A stretch of DNA of 64,000 nt. It comes from Solirubrobacterales bacterium (lineage in GTDB: Bacteria > Actinomycetota > Thermoleophilia > Solirubrobacterales > 70-9). Below, one piece after another: positions 31,490 through 39,160 of the stretch. Location of the stretch: the NCBI GenBank assembly GCA_045805725.1, contig JBJMKQ010000069.1:8813-72812 (forward strand), in the 5' to 3' direction. The notes beneath the pieces are model-generated. The model had not been told where the DNA came from, made no database searches, and saw nothing but the letters and a program-made list of their open reading frames with translations. The translations under genes were made by a program, and so were the position numbers. The stretch's first letter is position 1. Each line of letters begins with the position of its first letter.

Positions 31490-32965
31490 ATGTCTCCACC
31501 GCCAGCCGAGCAGTTCGCCGCCCGCATCTTCATGGGTCCGGCGCTGCGGGCGCAGCCGGACCGCCGCCTCGTCGACCTCGTCCGTGACGGCTACGACGCC
31601 GCCTTCGAAGAGATCGTCCGCCGCTACCGGCGGCCGCTGGACCGCTTCGCCGCGGGGATCGTCGGCGGCCGCTCCGAGGACGTCACCCAGGACGCCTTCT
31701 CGAAGGCGCTGCTGGCGCTGCGCGGCACCGAGGCGGAGATCGAACTGCGCCCCTGGCTCTACCGGATCGTCCGCAACACGGCGCTGAACGATCTGCGCGA
31801 CCGGGCGCCGGCGACCGACGAGCTCTCCGATCTGCTGCCGGGCGGGCGCAGCGCCGCCGCCGAAGCCGAGGCGCGGGAGGAGCTGCGCGACCTGATGGAG
31901 CGCCTGCAGGCGCTGCCCGAGCCGCAACGGGCGGCGCTGGTGATGCGCGAGCTGGAGGGGCTGAGCCACGAGGAGATCGCCGCGGCGCTCGGCGTCAGCG
32001 GCGGCGCCGCGCGGCAGGCGATCTACCGCGCCAGGGCGGCGCTGCGCGACGGCCTCGGGCTGCTGATGCCGTTGCCGCTGCTGCGGGCGCTGGCCGAGCA
32101 CGGTGGCGACGCCGGCCGCGCCGGCGGAGCGCTCGCCGGCGCCGGGGCTTCCTCGGCCGGCGGCGCCGCCCTCGGTGGCCTCGGCGGTGCGGCCTTGAAA
32201 GTCGGGATGGCGACGGTGCTGATCGCGGGGACGGTCGGCGCCGGGGTCGCGATCCAGCACGACCACGGCGAAAACGGTCCGGATGCGGCCGAGGCGGCGG
32301 CGCGGACCCCGGGATCGCCCAATGCCGGTGCCGCGGGTGAAGCTTCGACTCGAACCATCGACAACGGCGTAGCGAACGGTCGCGGTCGCGACGACAGCGC
32401 CGCCGGCAACCGCGACTCCCGCGGGCACGGCAGCGCCGGAGGCAACGACGGCGGGCAACTCGCAGCCGGTACCCGCAGCGGTTCGAGCGGCGGCCCCGGC
32501 TCCTCCGGCGGCTCCCATTCGGAACCGGGCGGCGCGGGAGACGGGTCGCACTCGGGGTCCGGTGGCTCCAGCCCGAGCTCGGGCTCCGAGGACCACTCCG
32601 GCTCGGGGTCGGGTTCCGACGATCGTCACAGCGGCAGCGACGGCGGCGGCGACGGCAGTGGTGGCGGCGGCGAGGGTGGCTCCAGCTCGGGCAGCGGCTC
32701 CAGCGGGGACGGAGGCGGCGGGTCAGACGATTCGGGCGGCGGCGGCGACGTCAGCGGCGGCGATGGCGGCAGTTCAGGCCCGGGCAGCGGCGAGGTCGAG
32801 CCGGAGCCGACCCCCAGCGAACCGACGCTGAGCGGCGACAGCGGCAGCTCCAGCGGCTCAGGGTCCAGCGGCTCCGGCGGTGAGAGCTCCTCCGGCGGGA
32901 CCGGCTCCGACGACGGCCTCGACACGACCGGCACGACCACCAGCGGATCGAACGGAAGTCCATAG
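31490..32965 (+). CDS. ECF-type sigma-70 family factor fused to a transmembrane segment and a ~235-aa Gly/Ser/Asp-rich C-terminal tail
   Basis: aa 30-105 are region 2 (FEEIVRRYRRPL...DVTQDAF...RPWLYRIVRNTALN). aa 140-188 are region 4 (LPEPQRAALVMRELEGLSHEEIAAALGVSGGAARQAIYRAR). A hydrophobic stretch LKVGMATVLIAGTVGAGVAI sits at about aa 236-255, followed by a low-complexity tail. Confidence 0.8.
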   Translation: MSPPPAEQFAARIFMGPALRAQPDRRLVDLVRDGYDAAFEEIVRRYRRPLDRFAAGIVGGRSEDVTQDAFSKALLALRGTEAEIELRPWLYRIVRNTALNDLRDRAPATDELSDLLPGGRSAAAEAEAREELRDLMERLQALPEPQRAALVMRELEGLSHEEIAAALGVSGGAARQAIYRARAALRDGLGLLMPLPLLRALAEHGGDAGRAGGALAGAGASSAGGAALGGLGGAALKVGMATVLIAGTVGAGVAIQHDHGENGPDAAEAAARTPGSPNAGAAGEASTRTIDNGVANGRGRDDSAAGNRDSRGHGSAGGNDGGQLAAGTRSGSSGGPGSSGGSHSEPGGAGDGSHSGSGGSSPSSGSEDHSGSGSGSDDRHSGSDGGGDGSGGGGEGGSSSGSGSSGDGGGGSDDSGGGGDVSGGDGGSSGPGSGEVEPEPTPSEPTLSGDSGSSSGSGSSGSGGESSSGGTGSDDGLDTTGTTTSGSNGSP

Positions 32966-33048
32966 GCGCGTGATGGCGCGTGATCTTCGCGCCGCCCTCG
33001 GGTTTCAGCGGCAACCAGTTGTTCAACTTCGAACTAGGAGGAATTGGC

Positions 33049-33801
33049 ATGACCCACGACAGAGGACGGCGAGCTCGCCGCGGCATGACCTGGCTCGCGC
33101 TGGCGCTCGGAGCGCTCGCGCTCCTGGCCATGCCCGGCCTGGCGGCCGCGAAGGACCGCAACCACGACCACATCCCGGACAAGTGGGAGAAGCGGCACAA
33201 GCTCTCCCTGAAGGTCAACCAGGCGCGCCGCGACCAGGACCGGGACCAGCTGCGCAACCGGGCCGAGTTCCTCGCCGGCGACAACCCGCGCGACGAGGAC
33301 TCGAACGACGACGGGGTGACGGACGGCGAGGAGAACGCCGGCACGGTCGCCTCCTTCGACACCGAAAGCGGCAAGCTCACGATCAACCTCTTCGGCGGTG
33401 AAACGATTTCCGGCCTCCTCACCGACGGCACCGAGATCGAGTGCGAGGACCACTCGACCGCTTCGATCAGCAGCGAGGGCCAGGGGTCCGGCGAGGTCGA
33501 GCCGGGCGACGACAACGGCGGCGAAAACGAGGTCGGTGACGACAACGGCGGCCAGGGCGAGGAAGAGCCCGGCGATGACCAGGGCGAGGAAGAGGTCGGT
33601 GACGACAACGGCGTCGACAACTCCGGTCCGGGCAGTCAAAACTCCGGTCCCGGCAACGCTGGTGACGACGAGCAGGAGAACGAGGGCAACTGCACCACCG
33701 GCGATCTCGTCCCCGGCGCCGTCGTGCAGGAGGCAGAGCTGAAGGTGGCCAACGGCCAGGCTACCTTCGAGGAGGTCGAGCTGTCGGGCAAAGACGCCTA
33801 G
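33049..33801 (+). CDS. secreted, highly acidic protein with thrombospondin-type-3-like Asp-rich repeat
   Basis: Trimmed to ATG 33049, preceded by AGGAGG. Signal peptide RRARRGMTWLALALGALALLAMPGLAAA. Asp-rich stretch DQDRDQLRNRAEFLAGDNPRDEDSNDDGVTDGEEN, then repeated GDDNGG/EVGDDNG acidic units. Confidence 0.65.
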   Translation: MTHDRGRRARRGMTWLALALGALALLAMPGLAAAKDRNHDHIPDKWEKRHKLSLKVNQARRDQDRDQLRNRAEFLAGDNPRDEDSNDDGVTDGEENAGTVASFDTESGKLTINLFGGETISGLLTDGTEIECEDHSTASISSEGQGSGEVEPGDDNGGENEVGDDNGGQGEEEPGDDQGEEEVGDDNGVDNSGPGSQNSGPGNAGDDEQENEGNCTTGDLVPGAVVQEAELKVANGQATFEEVELSGKDA

Positions 33802-33831
33802 GCAGGGACGGCGAGTCGGCGTCGGAGGCCG

Positions 33832-36459
33832 TTACTTGGCGTTGAGCCAGTCGGTCCCGACGCCGACGTCGACCTCGAGCGGCGGTTCGAGCGGGTAGGC
33901 GGCGCACATCTCGCGCCGCACCAGCTCGGCCGCCGTCTCCATCTCCCCCGGCGGACCCTCGAAGAGGAGCTCGTCGTGGATCTGCAGGACCAGGCGGGTC
34001 TCCCCCCCAGCCTCCCGCAGCGCCCTCTGACAGCGCACCATCGCCACCTTGATGATGTCGGCGGCGGTGCCCTGAATCACGGTGTTGACAGCGAGGCGCT
34101 CGCCGAGGCGGCGGGTGTTCGGGTTGGCGGAGCGCAGCTCGGGGATCGCCCGGCGACGCCCCATCAGCGTCGTCACGAATCCCTCCTCCTGGGCGCGCTC
34201 GATCACCTGCTCGCGGAAGGCGCGCACCGCGGGGAAGCGCTCCAGGTAGCGGGCGACGAATTCCTCGCCCTCCTTCCGCGGGATGTTGAGCCGGTCGGCG
34301 AGGCCGAACCCGGTCAGCCCGTAGACGATCCCGAAGTTGACCATCTTCGCCTTCGAGCGCTGGCCGACGTCGACCTCGTCGCGCTCGATCTCGAAGACCT
34401 CGGCGGCGGTGGCGGCGTGCACGTCTTCGCCCTTGCGGAAGACCTCTTTCAGCACCTCCTCGTCGGCGACGTGGGCAAGAACGCGCAGCTCCACCTGGCT
34501 GTAGTCGGCGGAGAGCAGCCGCGCCCCCTCCTCGGCCACGAAGCAGGCCCGGACCGGGCGGCCGAGGTCGGTACGGATCGGGATGTTCTGCAGGTTCGGG
34601 TTGGTGCTGGAAAGGCGGCCGGTCGTGGTCGAGGCCTGGTTGAAGGTGGTGTGGACGCGGCCGGTCTCGGGGTCGATCAGCTCCGGCAGCGAATCGAGAT
34701 AGGTGTTCTTCAGCTTCGTCAGCTCCCGCCAGGACTCGATCCTGGGGATGATCTCGTGCTCGTCGCGGATCTGCGCGAGGACGCGGGCGTCGGTCGAGAA
34801 GCCGGTCTTGCCGCGGCGCTTGCGGGTCAGCTCGAGCTTCTCGAAGAGGATGCGGCCGACCTGCTGGGGAGAACCGATCGTGAACTCCTCTTCGGCCAAG
34901 TCGAAGATCTCCTTCTCCAGCGTGGCGATGCGCTCGCCGAAGCCGGCGCCGACCTCGGCCAGCCGCTCCGCGTCCAGCTTCAGTCCCTCGCGCTCCATCG
35001 CCGCCAGCACGCCGACCAGCGGCAGCTCGATCTCGCTCAGCAGCCGCTCCAGCCCCAGCTCCTGGATGCGCGGCACCTGCACCGCCGCCAGGGCGGCAAC
35101 GAGGCGTGCTTCCTCGGCCGGCTCGAGACCGGGCTCGAGCTCTTCGCCCAGCGCCATTTGGCCGCCGTCCTCCTCGGCCTCCGCGGCGGCGGCGCCCTCG
35201 GCGAGGCCGATCCCGGCGTCGGCGGCAAGCTCGACGAGGTCGTAGGTGCGCCGCTGCGGCTCCAACAGGTAGGCGGCGACCATCGTGTCGTGCTCTAGAT
35301 GCGGCTCGACCCCCGCGCGTGCCGCGGCGGCGAGCAACCCGTGGCGGCCGCCGCCGAGAGACTTGGCGTCGTGGGCGGCGAAGGGCTTGCCGTCGAGGGC
35401 GACCGCGAGCTCGTCGTGCGAGTTCGAGCCGGCGAGGATACGCTCCGCTTCGGCCGCCGCCCAGCGGTCGCCGGCGATCGCCAGGGCGACGGGGCCGTTG
35501 CCGATCTCTCCCGGCTTCCCCGCCACCGCCTCGACCTCCAGCTCGGTCTCGACCCTGCGCCCGGGCACGGCCGCGCCCTCGGGCAGCGCTTCTTCCAGCC
35601 GCTCCATCACCGCCCGCAGCTCGAACTCACGCATGAACTCGCGCAGGGCACCGCGATCGGGCTCGCTCGACATCGCTTCCTCCAAGTCGACGCCGGTCTC
35701 GATCTCGTACTGCAGCGTCGCCAGCTGCTTCGAGAGCCGGGCGTCCTCGGCGTGCTCCACCAGGTTCTGCTTGCGTTTGGCGCCGGAGACCTGGTCGACG
35801 TTCTCCAGCACCGCTTCCAGTGAGCCGAACCGCTGCAGCAGCTGAGTCGCGGTTTTCTCGCCGATCCCGGGGACGCCGGGGATGTTGTCGGAGGTGTCGC
35901 CCCGCAGCCCCATCAGGTCACAGATCAGCTCCGGCGGCACCCCGTAGCGCTCTTCCACCGCGGCCCGGTCGTAGATCTTCGTCTCGGTGATCCCGCGCGA
36001 GGTGCTCATCACCCGCACCCCCTCGTCAACCAGCTGGTAGGCGTCGCGGTCGCCGGTCACGACCATCACCTCGATCCCCTCCTCGCGCGCCTGCCTGACC
36101 AGCGAGGCGATCACGTCGTCTGCCTCGAAGCCTTCGACCCTGACGTTGGTGTAGCCGAAGGCCTCGACCAGCGGCATCAGGTGCGGCCACTGCTCGCGCA
36201 GCAGGTCGGGGCGCGGTTTGCGCTGCGCCTTGTAGAGGTCATACGTTTTCTCGCGGCCGCTGTAGCCGGCGTCCCAGGCAACGACCACGCCCTGCGGATG
36301 GTGTTCGTCGATGATTTTCACCAGCATCGAGGCGAGCCCGTAGATCGCGTTCGTCGGCCGCCCGTCGCTGGTCCCAATCGACTCGGGCAGGGCGAAGAAG
36401 GCGCGGTAGGCGAGGCTGTTGCCGTCGATCAGGAAGAGCTGCGGGGCGTCGGCCGTCAT
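33832..36459 (-). CDS. polA: DNA polymerase I
   Basis: 875 aa. 5'-nuclease N-terminus LFLIDGNSLAYRAFFALP and pol A family motifs (DYSQVELRVLAH, QIHDELLFE). Confidence 0.97.
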   Translation of the reverse strand: MTADAPQLFLIDGNSLAYRAFFALPESIGTSDGRPTNAIYGLASMLVKIIDEHHPQGVVVAWDAGYSGREKTYDLYKAQRKPRPDLLREQWPHLMPLVEAFGYTNVRVEGFEADDVIASLVRQAREEGIEVMVVTGDRDAYQLVDEGVRVMSTSRGITETKIYDRAAVEERYGVPPELICDLMGLRGDTSDNIPGVPGIGEKTATQLLQRFGSLEAVLENVDQVSGAKRKQNLVEHAEDARLSKQLATLQYEIETGVDLEEAMSSEPDRGALREFMREFELRAVMERLEEALPEGAAVPGRRVETELEVEAVAGKPGEIGNGPVALAIAGDRWAAAEAERILAGSNSHDELAVALDGKPFAAHDAKSLGGGRHGLLAAAARAGVEPHLEHDTMVAAYLLEPQRRTYDLVELAADAGIGLAEGAAAAEAEEDGGQMALGEELEPGLEPAEEARLVAALAAVQVPRIQELGLERLLSEIELPLVGVLAAMEREGLKLDAERLAEVGAGFGERIATLEKEIFDLAEEEFTIGSPQQVGRILFEKLELTRKRRGKTGFSTDARVLAQIRDEHEIIPRIESWRELTKLKNTYLDSLPELIDPETGRVHTTFNQASTTTGRLSSTNPNLQNIPIRTDLGRPVRACFVAEEGARLLSADYSQVELRVLAHVADEEVLKEVFRKGEDVHAATAAEVFEIERDEVDVGQRSKAKMVNFGIVYGLTGFGLADRLNIPRKEGEEFVARYLERFPAVRAFREQVIERAQEEGFVTTLMGRRRAIPELRSANPNTRRLGERLAVNTVIQGTAADIIKVAMVRCQRALREAGGETRLVLQIHDELLFEGPPGEMETAAELVRREMCAAYPLEPPLEVDVGVGTDWLNAK
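36334..36440. repeat. proximal copy of a 107-nt direct repeat (polA codons ~7-42)
   Basis: Manual alignment to 39006-39112 gives 102/107 identical in the same orientation. Confidence 0.85.
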
Positions 36460-36509
36460 CGAGCGCCCACTCTACGAGGCGACCCCGCGGATCGCCGCAC
36501 CCGCTCGGG

Positions 36510-37835
36510 TCAGACCTCGCCCGACTCCAGCAGACCGACCAGAGCCGCCACGACCGCAGGGTCGAACTGGGTCCCAACGCAGGCACGCAGCTCGGCGATC
36601 GCCGCATCGACGCTCATCGCCTTGCGGTAGGAGCGAGTCGTGGTCATCGCGCTGAAGGCGTCGCAGCAGGTGACGATGCGAGCCTCGACCGGAATCTCCT
36701 CGCCCACCAAGCCATCGGGATAGCCGGATCCGTCGAAGTCCTCGTGCGAGGCGCGGACGATGCGGCCGACCTCGGCAAGGACGCCGCCGATCCGCTTCAG
36801 CATCCGCTCGCCTTCGATCGTGTGCTGGCGCATGACCTGCCACTCCGCCTCGTCGAGCGGGCCCTTCTTGTTGATGATCTCGTTCGGCACCGAGATCTTG
36901 CCGACGTCGTGGAGGAGGGCGGCGAACTCGACGTTGCGACGCTGCTCGAACTTGAGGCCGAGGCGATCGCTGACGGCCAGCGACAGATCGACGACGCCGC
37001 GGCTGTGGCTGCCGGTATAGGCGTCGTCTGCCTCGACTACGTCCCCCAGCAGCAATGCCGTGCCCTGGTATGCCTCGCTGAGGGTCAATGCCTGGTCGAG
37101 CCGGGTCTGCCGCTCGCGCGAGAGCACGGCGAGGACGGCGGCGAGCGGGATCACCAGCAGGCAGGCCTCCGGTCCTAATTGCAGCGCCACCACCGCCGCG
37201 AGCAGGCCAATCGGCGCCAAGGCGGCGTCGAGGCCGTAGACCGGGGCGATCATCCCCAGCACGGCGGTGGGCGGGGTCCGGTCGATCAGCCGTGCCCGCG
37301 CGGCGGTGGCGGCGAAATCAAAACCGAACTGGGAGAGCAGGGCGAGCACATAGATCGGCCAGGCATCCCAGGAGAAGGTCTGGGCGCTGAAAGCCGCGAT
37401 CACGAAAGCCGGACCGACCGCGTGCCAGCAGTCACCGAAGACATGGAAGGCGCGGTGGATGCTGGTGTGGCCGCTGGCGTAGTCGATCAGGCGTCCCAGC
37501 GTCCAGCTGAGGCTGACCACCAACGGCACCAGCGGCGTCGGCAAGAGAAGGAGCATCGGCACCAGGACCAGCTCGGTGGGCACGGTGTAGCCGTCGGCGA
37601 TGTCGAACCTCGCCTGGCAGGCGATCACGTAAGCGGCCACCAGTGAGACCAGGGGGGCGATTTCGAGCGGGCGCGGGGACTCCATGAACACGGCCATCGC
37701 CGAGGCCATCAGCAGGAAGCCCCCGCCGGCCGCCAGCTCGACCGCGCGCTCACGGCCATGCGCCTTGATCAACGCCCGGGTGCGGCCACGCGCGTACAGC
37801 TGCTCGGGATTGGTTGCCGGAGTCGCGGTCTGCAT
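36510..37835 (-). CDS. HD-GYP domain c-di-GMP phosphodiesterase with N-terminal multi-pass membrane domain
   Basis: 441 aa. About 7 N-terminal TM helices, then LLHDVGKISVP, HTIEGERML and SHEDFDGSGYPDGL (HD...GYP signature). Confidence 0.9.
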   Translation of the reverse strand: MQTATPATNPEQLYARGRTRALIKAHGRERAVELAAGGGFLLMASAMAVFMESPRPLEIAPLVSLVAAYVIACQARFDIADGYTVPTELVLVPMLLLLPTPLVPLVVSLSWTLGRLIDYASGHTSIHRAFHVFGDCWHAVGPAFVIAAFSAQTFSWDAWPIYVLALLSQFGFDFAATAARARLIDRTPPTAVLGMIAPVYGLDAALAPIGLLAAVVALQLGPEACLLVIPLAAVLAVLSRERQTRLDQALTLSEAYQGTALLLGDVVEADDAYTGSHSRGVVDLSLAVSDRLGLKFEQRRNVEFAALLHDVGKISVPNEIINKKGPLDEAEWQVMRQHTIEGERMLKRIGGVLAEVGRIVRASHEDFDGSGYPDGLVGEEIPVEARIVTCCDAFSAMTTTRSYRKAMSVDAAIAELRACVGTQFDPAVVAALVGLLESGEV

Positions 37836-38012
37836 GAGAACAGGGGGTTCTCAACCCCACCTCTGACCCCTACATCGGCCAGCCAAGGCCTGGAAATGAG
37901 CGCTTTCCTATTTTCCCGCTCCACAAGTGCGAAAAGTAGCTAGAGAATCCGTCCAAATGGCTTCAGTCAGGGGGTCCGGCCGCCGATGCACCGGCCACAT
38001 AAGCGCAGATTT

Positions 38013-38116
38013 GAGCTGAATAAGGGCAAACCTGTCGCGAGGCAGGGACGCAAAGTCAGAGGTCTCGTCCTTGACGAGACGGCTCGGCCGCCAGCTTGGT
38101 GAAAACCAGGCTTTTT
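38013..38116 (+). promoter_or_regulatory. candidate c-di-GMP-I (GEMM-I) riboswitch with terminator-type expression platform
   Basis: GGGCAAACC-UGUC-GCGA-GGCA-GGGACGCAAAG (38024-38055) has the two conserved GEMM-I blocks flanking a GNRA-capped 6-bp helix. P1 is GAGCUG (38013-18) / CAGCUU (38092-97). The second hairpin is GUCUCGU (38062-68) / ACGAGAC (38074-80). The terminator AGCUUGG-UGAAAA-CCAGGCU plus a U run (38093-38116) overlaps the P1 3' strand. Confidence 0.7.
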
Positions 38117-38142
38117 CGCCTGCGACCAGGAGGTTTACCCAA

Positions 38143-38748
38143 GTGAAGTCGATCCGAAAGGTCCTTGCCATCGTCGTCGCCGCCGTCGCGGTCAGCGGGC
38201 TCTCCGCGGCTGCAGCTGAGGGCGCCAGCTGCCCCTATGACGGGGCAGAACAGGTCTTCAAGCCATGGGGCGATGCGAAGAGCTACGTCCTGGCTCCCGA
38301 TGGAGGGTTCGAGTCGGGCGGCGTCGGCTGGGCACTCGGCAACGGCGCCGAGACGGTGCCGGGCAACGAGTCCTTCTACCTCGGCGACCCCTCCGACGAA
38401 CGGTCGCTCTCGCTGCCGGCCGGCAGCACCGCCGTCAGCCCGCCGGTCTGCATGTCGCTGGACACGCCCACCTTCCGCCTCCTCGCTCGAAACACGGGCG
38501 ATCCCAACTCGACCCTGCGGGTCGAAGCGATCTACCCGCTGCTGGGCCTGCTCCGCACCAAGACCCTGAGCACGGTCAAGGCGGGCCCGAGCTGGGCGCC
38601 GACCCAGCAGATGTCGACCGTCCTCACCCTCTCGGCGATCGTCGGCACCCTGATCCCCAGCGCGGTCCAGATCCGGATCACGCCGGTGGGCAGCGGTGGC
38701 GGTTGGCAGGTCGACGACCTCTACATCGACCCCTTCGCCCGCCGCTAG
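38143..38748 (+). CDS. secreted protein of unknown function (possible jelly-roll / carbohydrate-binding-like fold)
   Basis: Trimmed to GTG 38143, 9 nt after AGGAGG. Signal peptide KSIRKVLAIVVAAVAVSGLSAAAAEG. The GGFESGGVGWALGNGAE motif is reminiscent of CBM-like beta-sandwich domains (weak inference). Confidence 0.65.
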   Translation: MKSIRKVLAIVVAAVAVSGLSAAAAEGASCPYDGAEQVFKPWGDAKSYVLAPDGGFESGGVGWALGNGAETVPGNESFYLGDPSDERSLSLPAGSTAVSPPVCMSLDTPTFRLLARNTGDPNSTLRVEAIYPLLGLLRTKTLSTVKAGPSWAPTQQMSTVLTLSAIVGTLIPSAVQIRITPVGSGGGWQVDDLYIDPFARR

Positions 38749-39113
38749 CGCTTCACGGACGATCCTCCTGCGTCCAGAGCCCGGGCGACGTCGGCAACGA
38801 CGCGCCCGGGCTCTTCTTCCAGCTGCCGTTCGCTGAAGCGCAGCACCGTGAATCCCCGCTGGCGCAGGTCGAGGTCGCGGGCGCGGTCCTCCTCGAAGGA
38901 GACGGAACCGCGGTGGTGGAGAAGGGAGTCGGTTTGGACGACGAGGCGCTGCTCGCGCCAGAGGAAGTCGACCTACCAGCGGCCGAGCTTGACGTTCGTC
39001 TCGGGGAGCCCGTAGATCGCATTCGTCGGTCGCCGGTCGCCGGTCCCGATCGACTCGGGCAGGGCGAAGAAGGCGCGGTAGGCGAGGCTGTTGCCGTCGA
39101 TCAGGAAGAGCTA
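38745..39113 (-). pseudogene. chimeric pseudogene: duplicated polA 5' fragment (39006-39112) fused in frame to a DUF559 endonuclease-like C-terminal remnant (38745-39005), with two in-frame TAG stops
   Basis: Own translation: *LFLIDGNSLAYRAFFALPESIGTGDRRPTNAIYGLPETNVKLGRW*VDFLWREQRLVVQTDSLLHHRGSVSFEEDRARDLDLRQRGFTVLRFSERQLEEEPGRVVADVARALDAGGSSVKR*. TAG codons lie at 39111-39113 (CAG in polA) and 38973-38975. VDFLW...RD..L...G..VLRF is the DUF559 pattern. Confidence 0.7.
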
Positions 39114-39160
39114 GGGTGCGGAAGCGGCGTCAGGCACGGGCGCGACTCTATCCGCGGCCC

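Noticed and set aside
32400-32940. Highly repetitive GGC/AGC/GAC-rich DNA that might be taken for a tandem repeat or CRISPR-like array.
   Set aside because: There are no regular repeat-spacer units. It is in-frame low-complexity coding sequence (the Gly/Ser/Asp tail of the sigma factor), and the antisense ORFs here are mirror artefacts.
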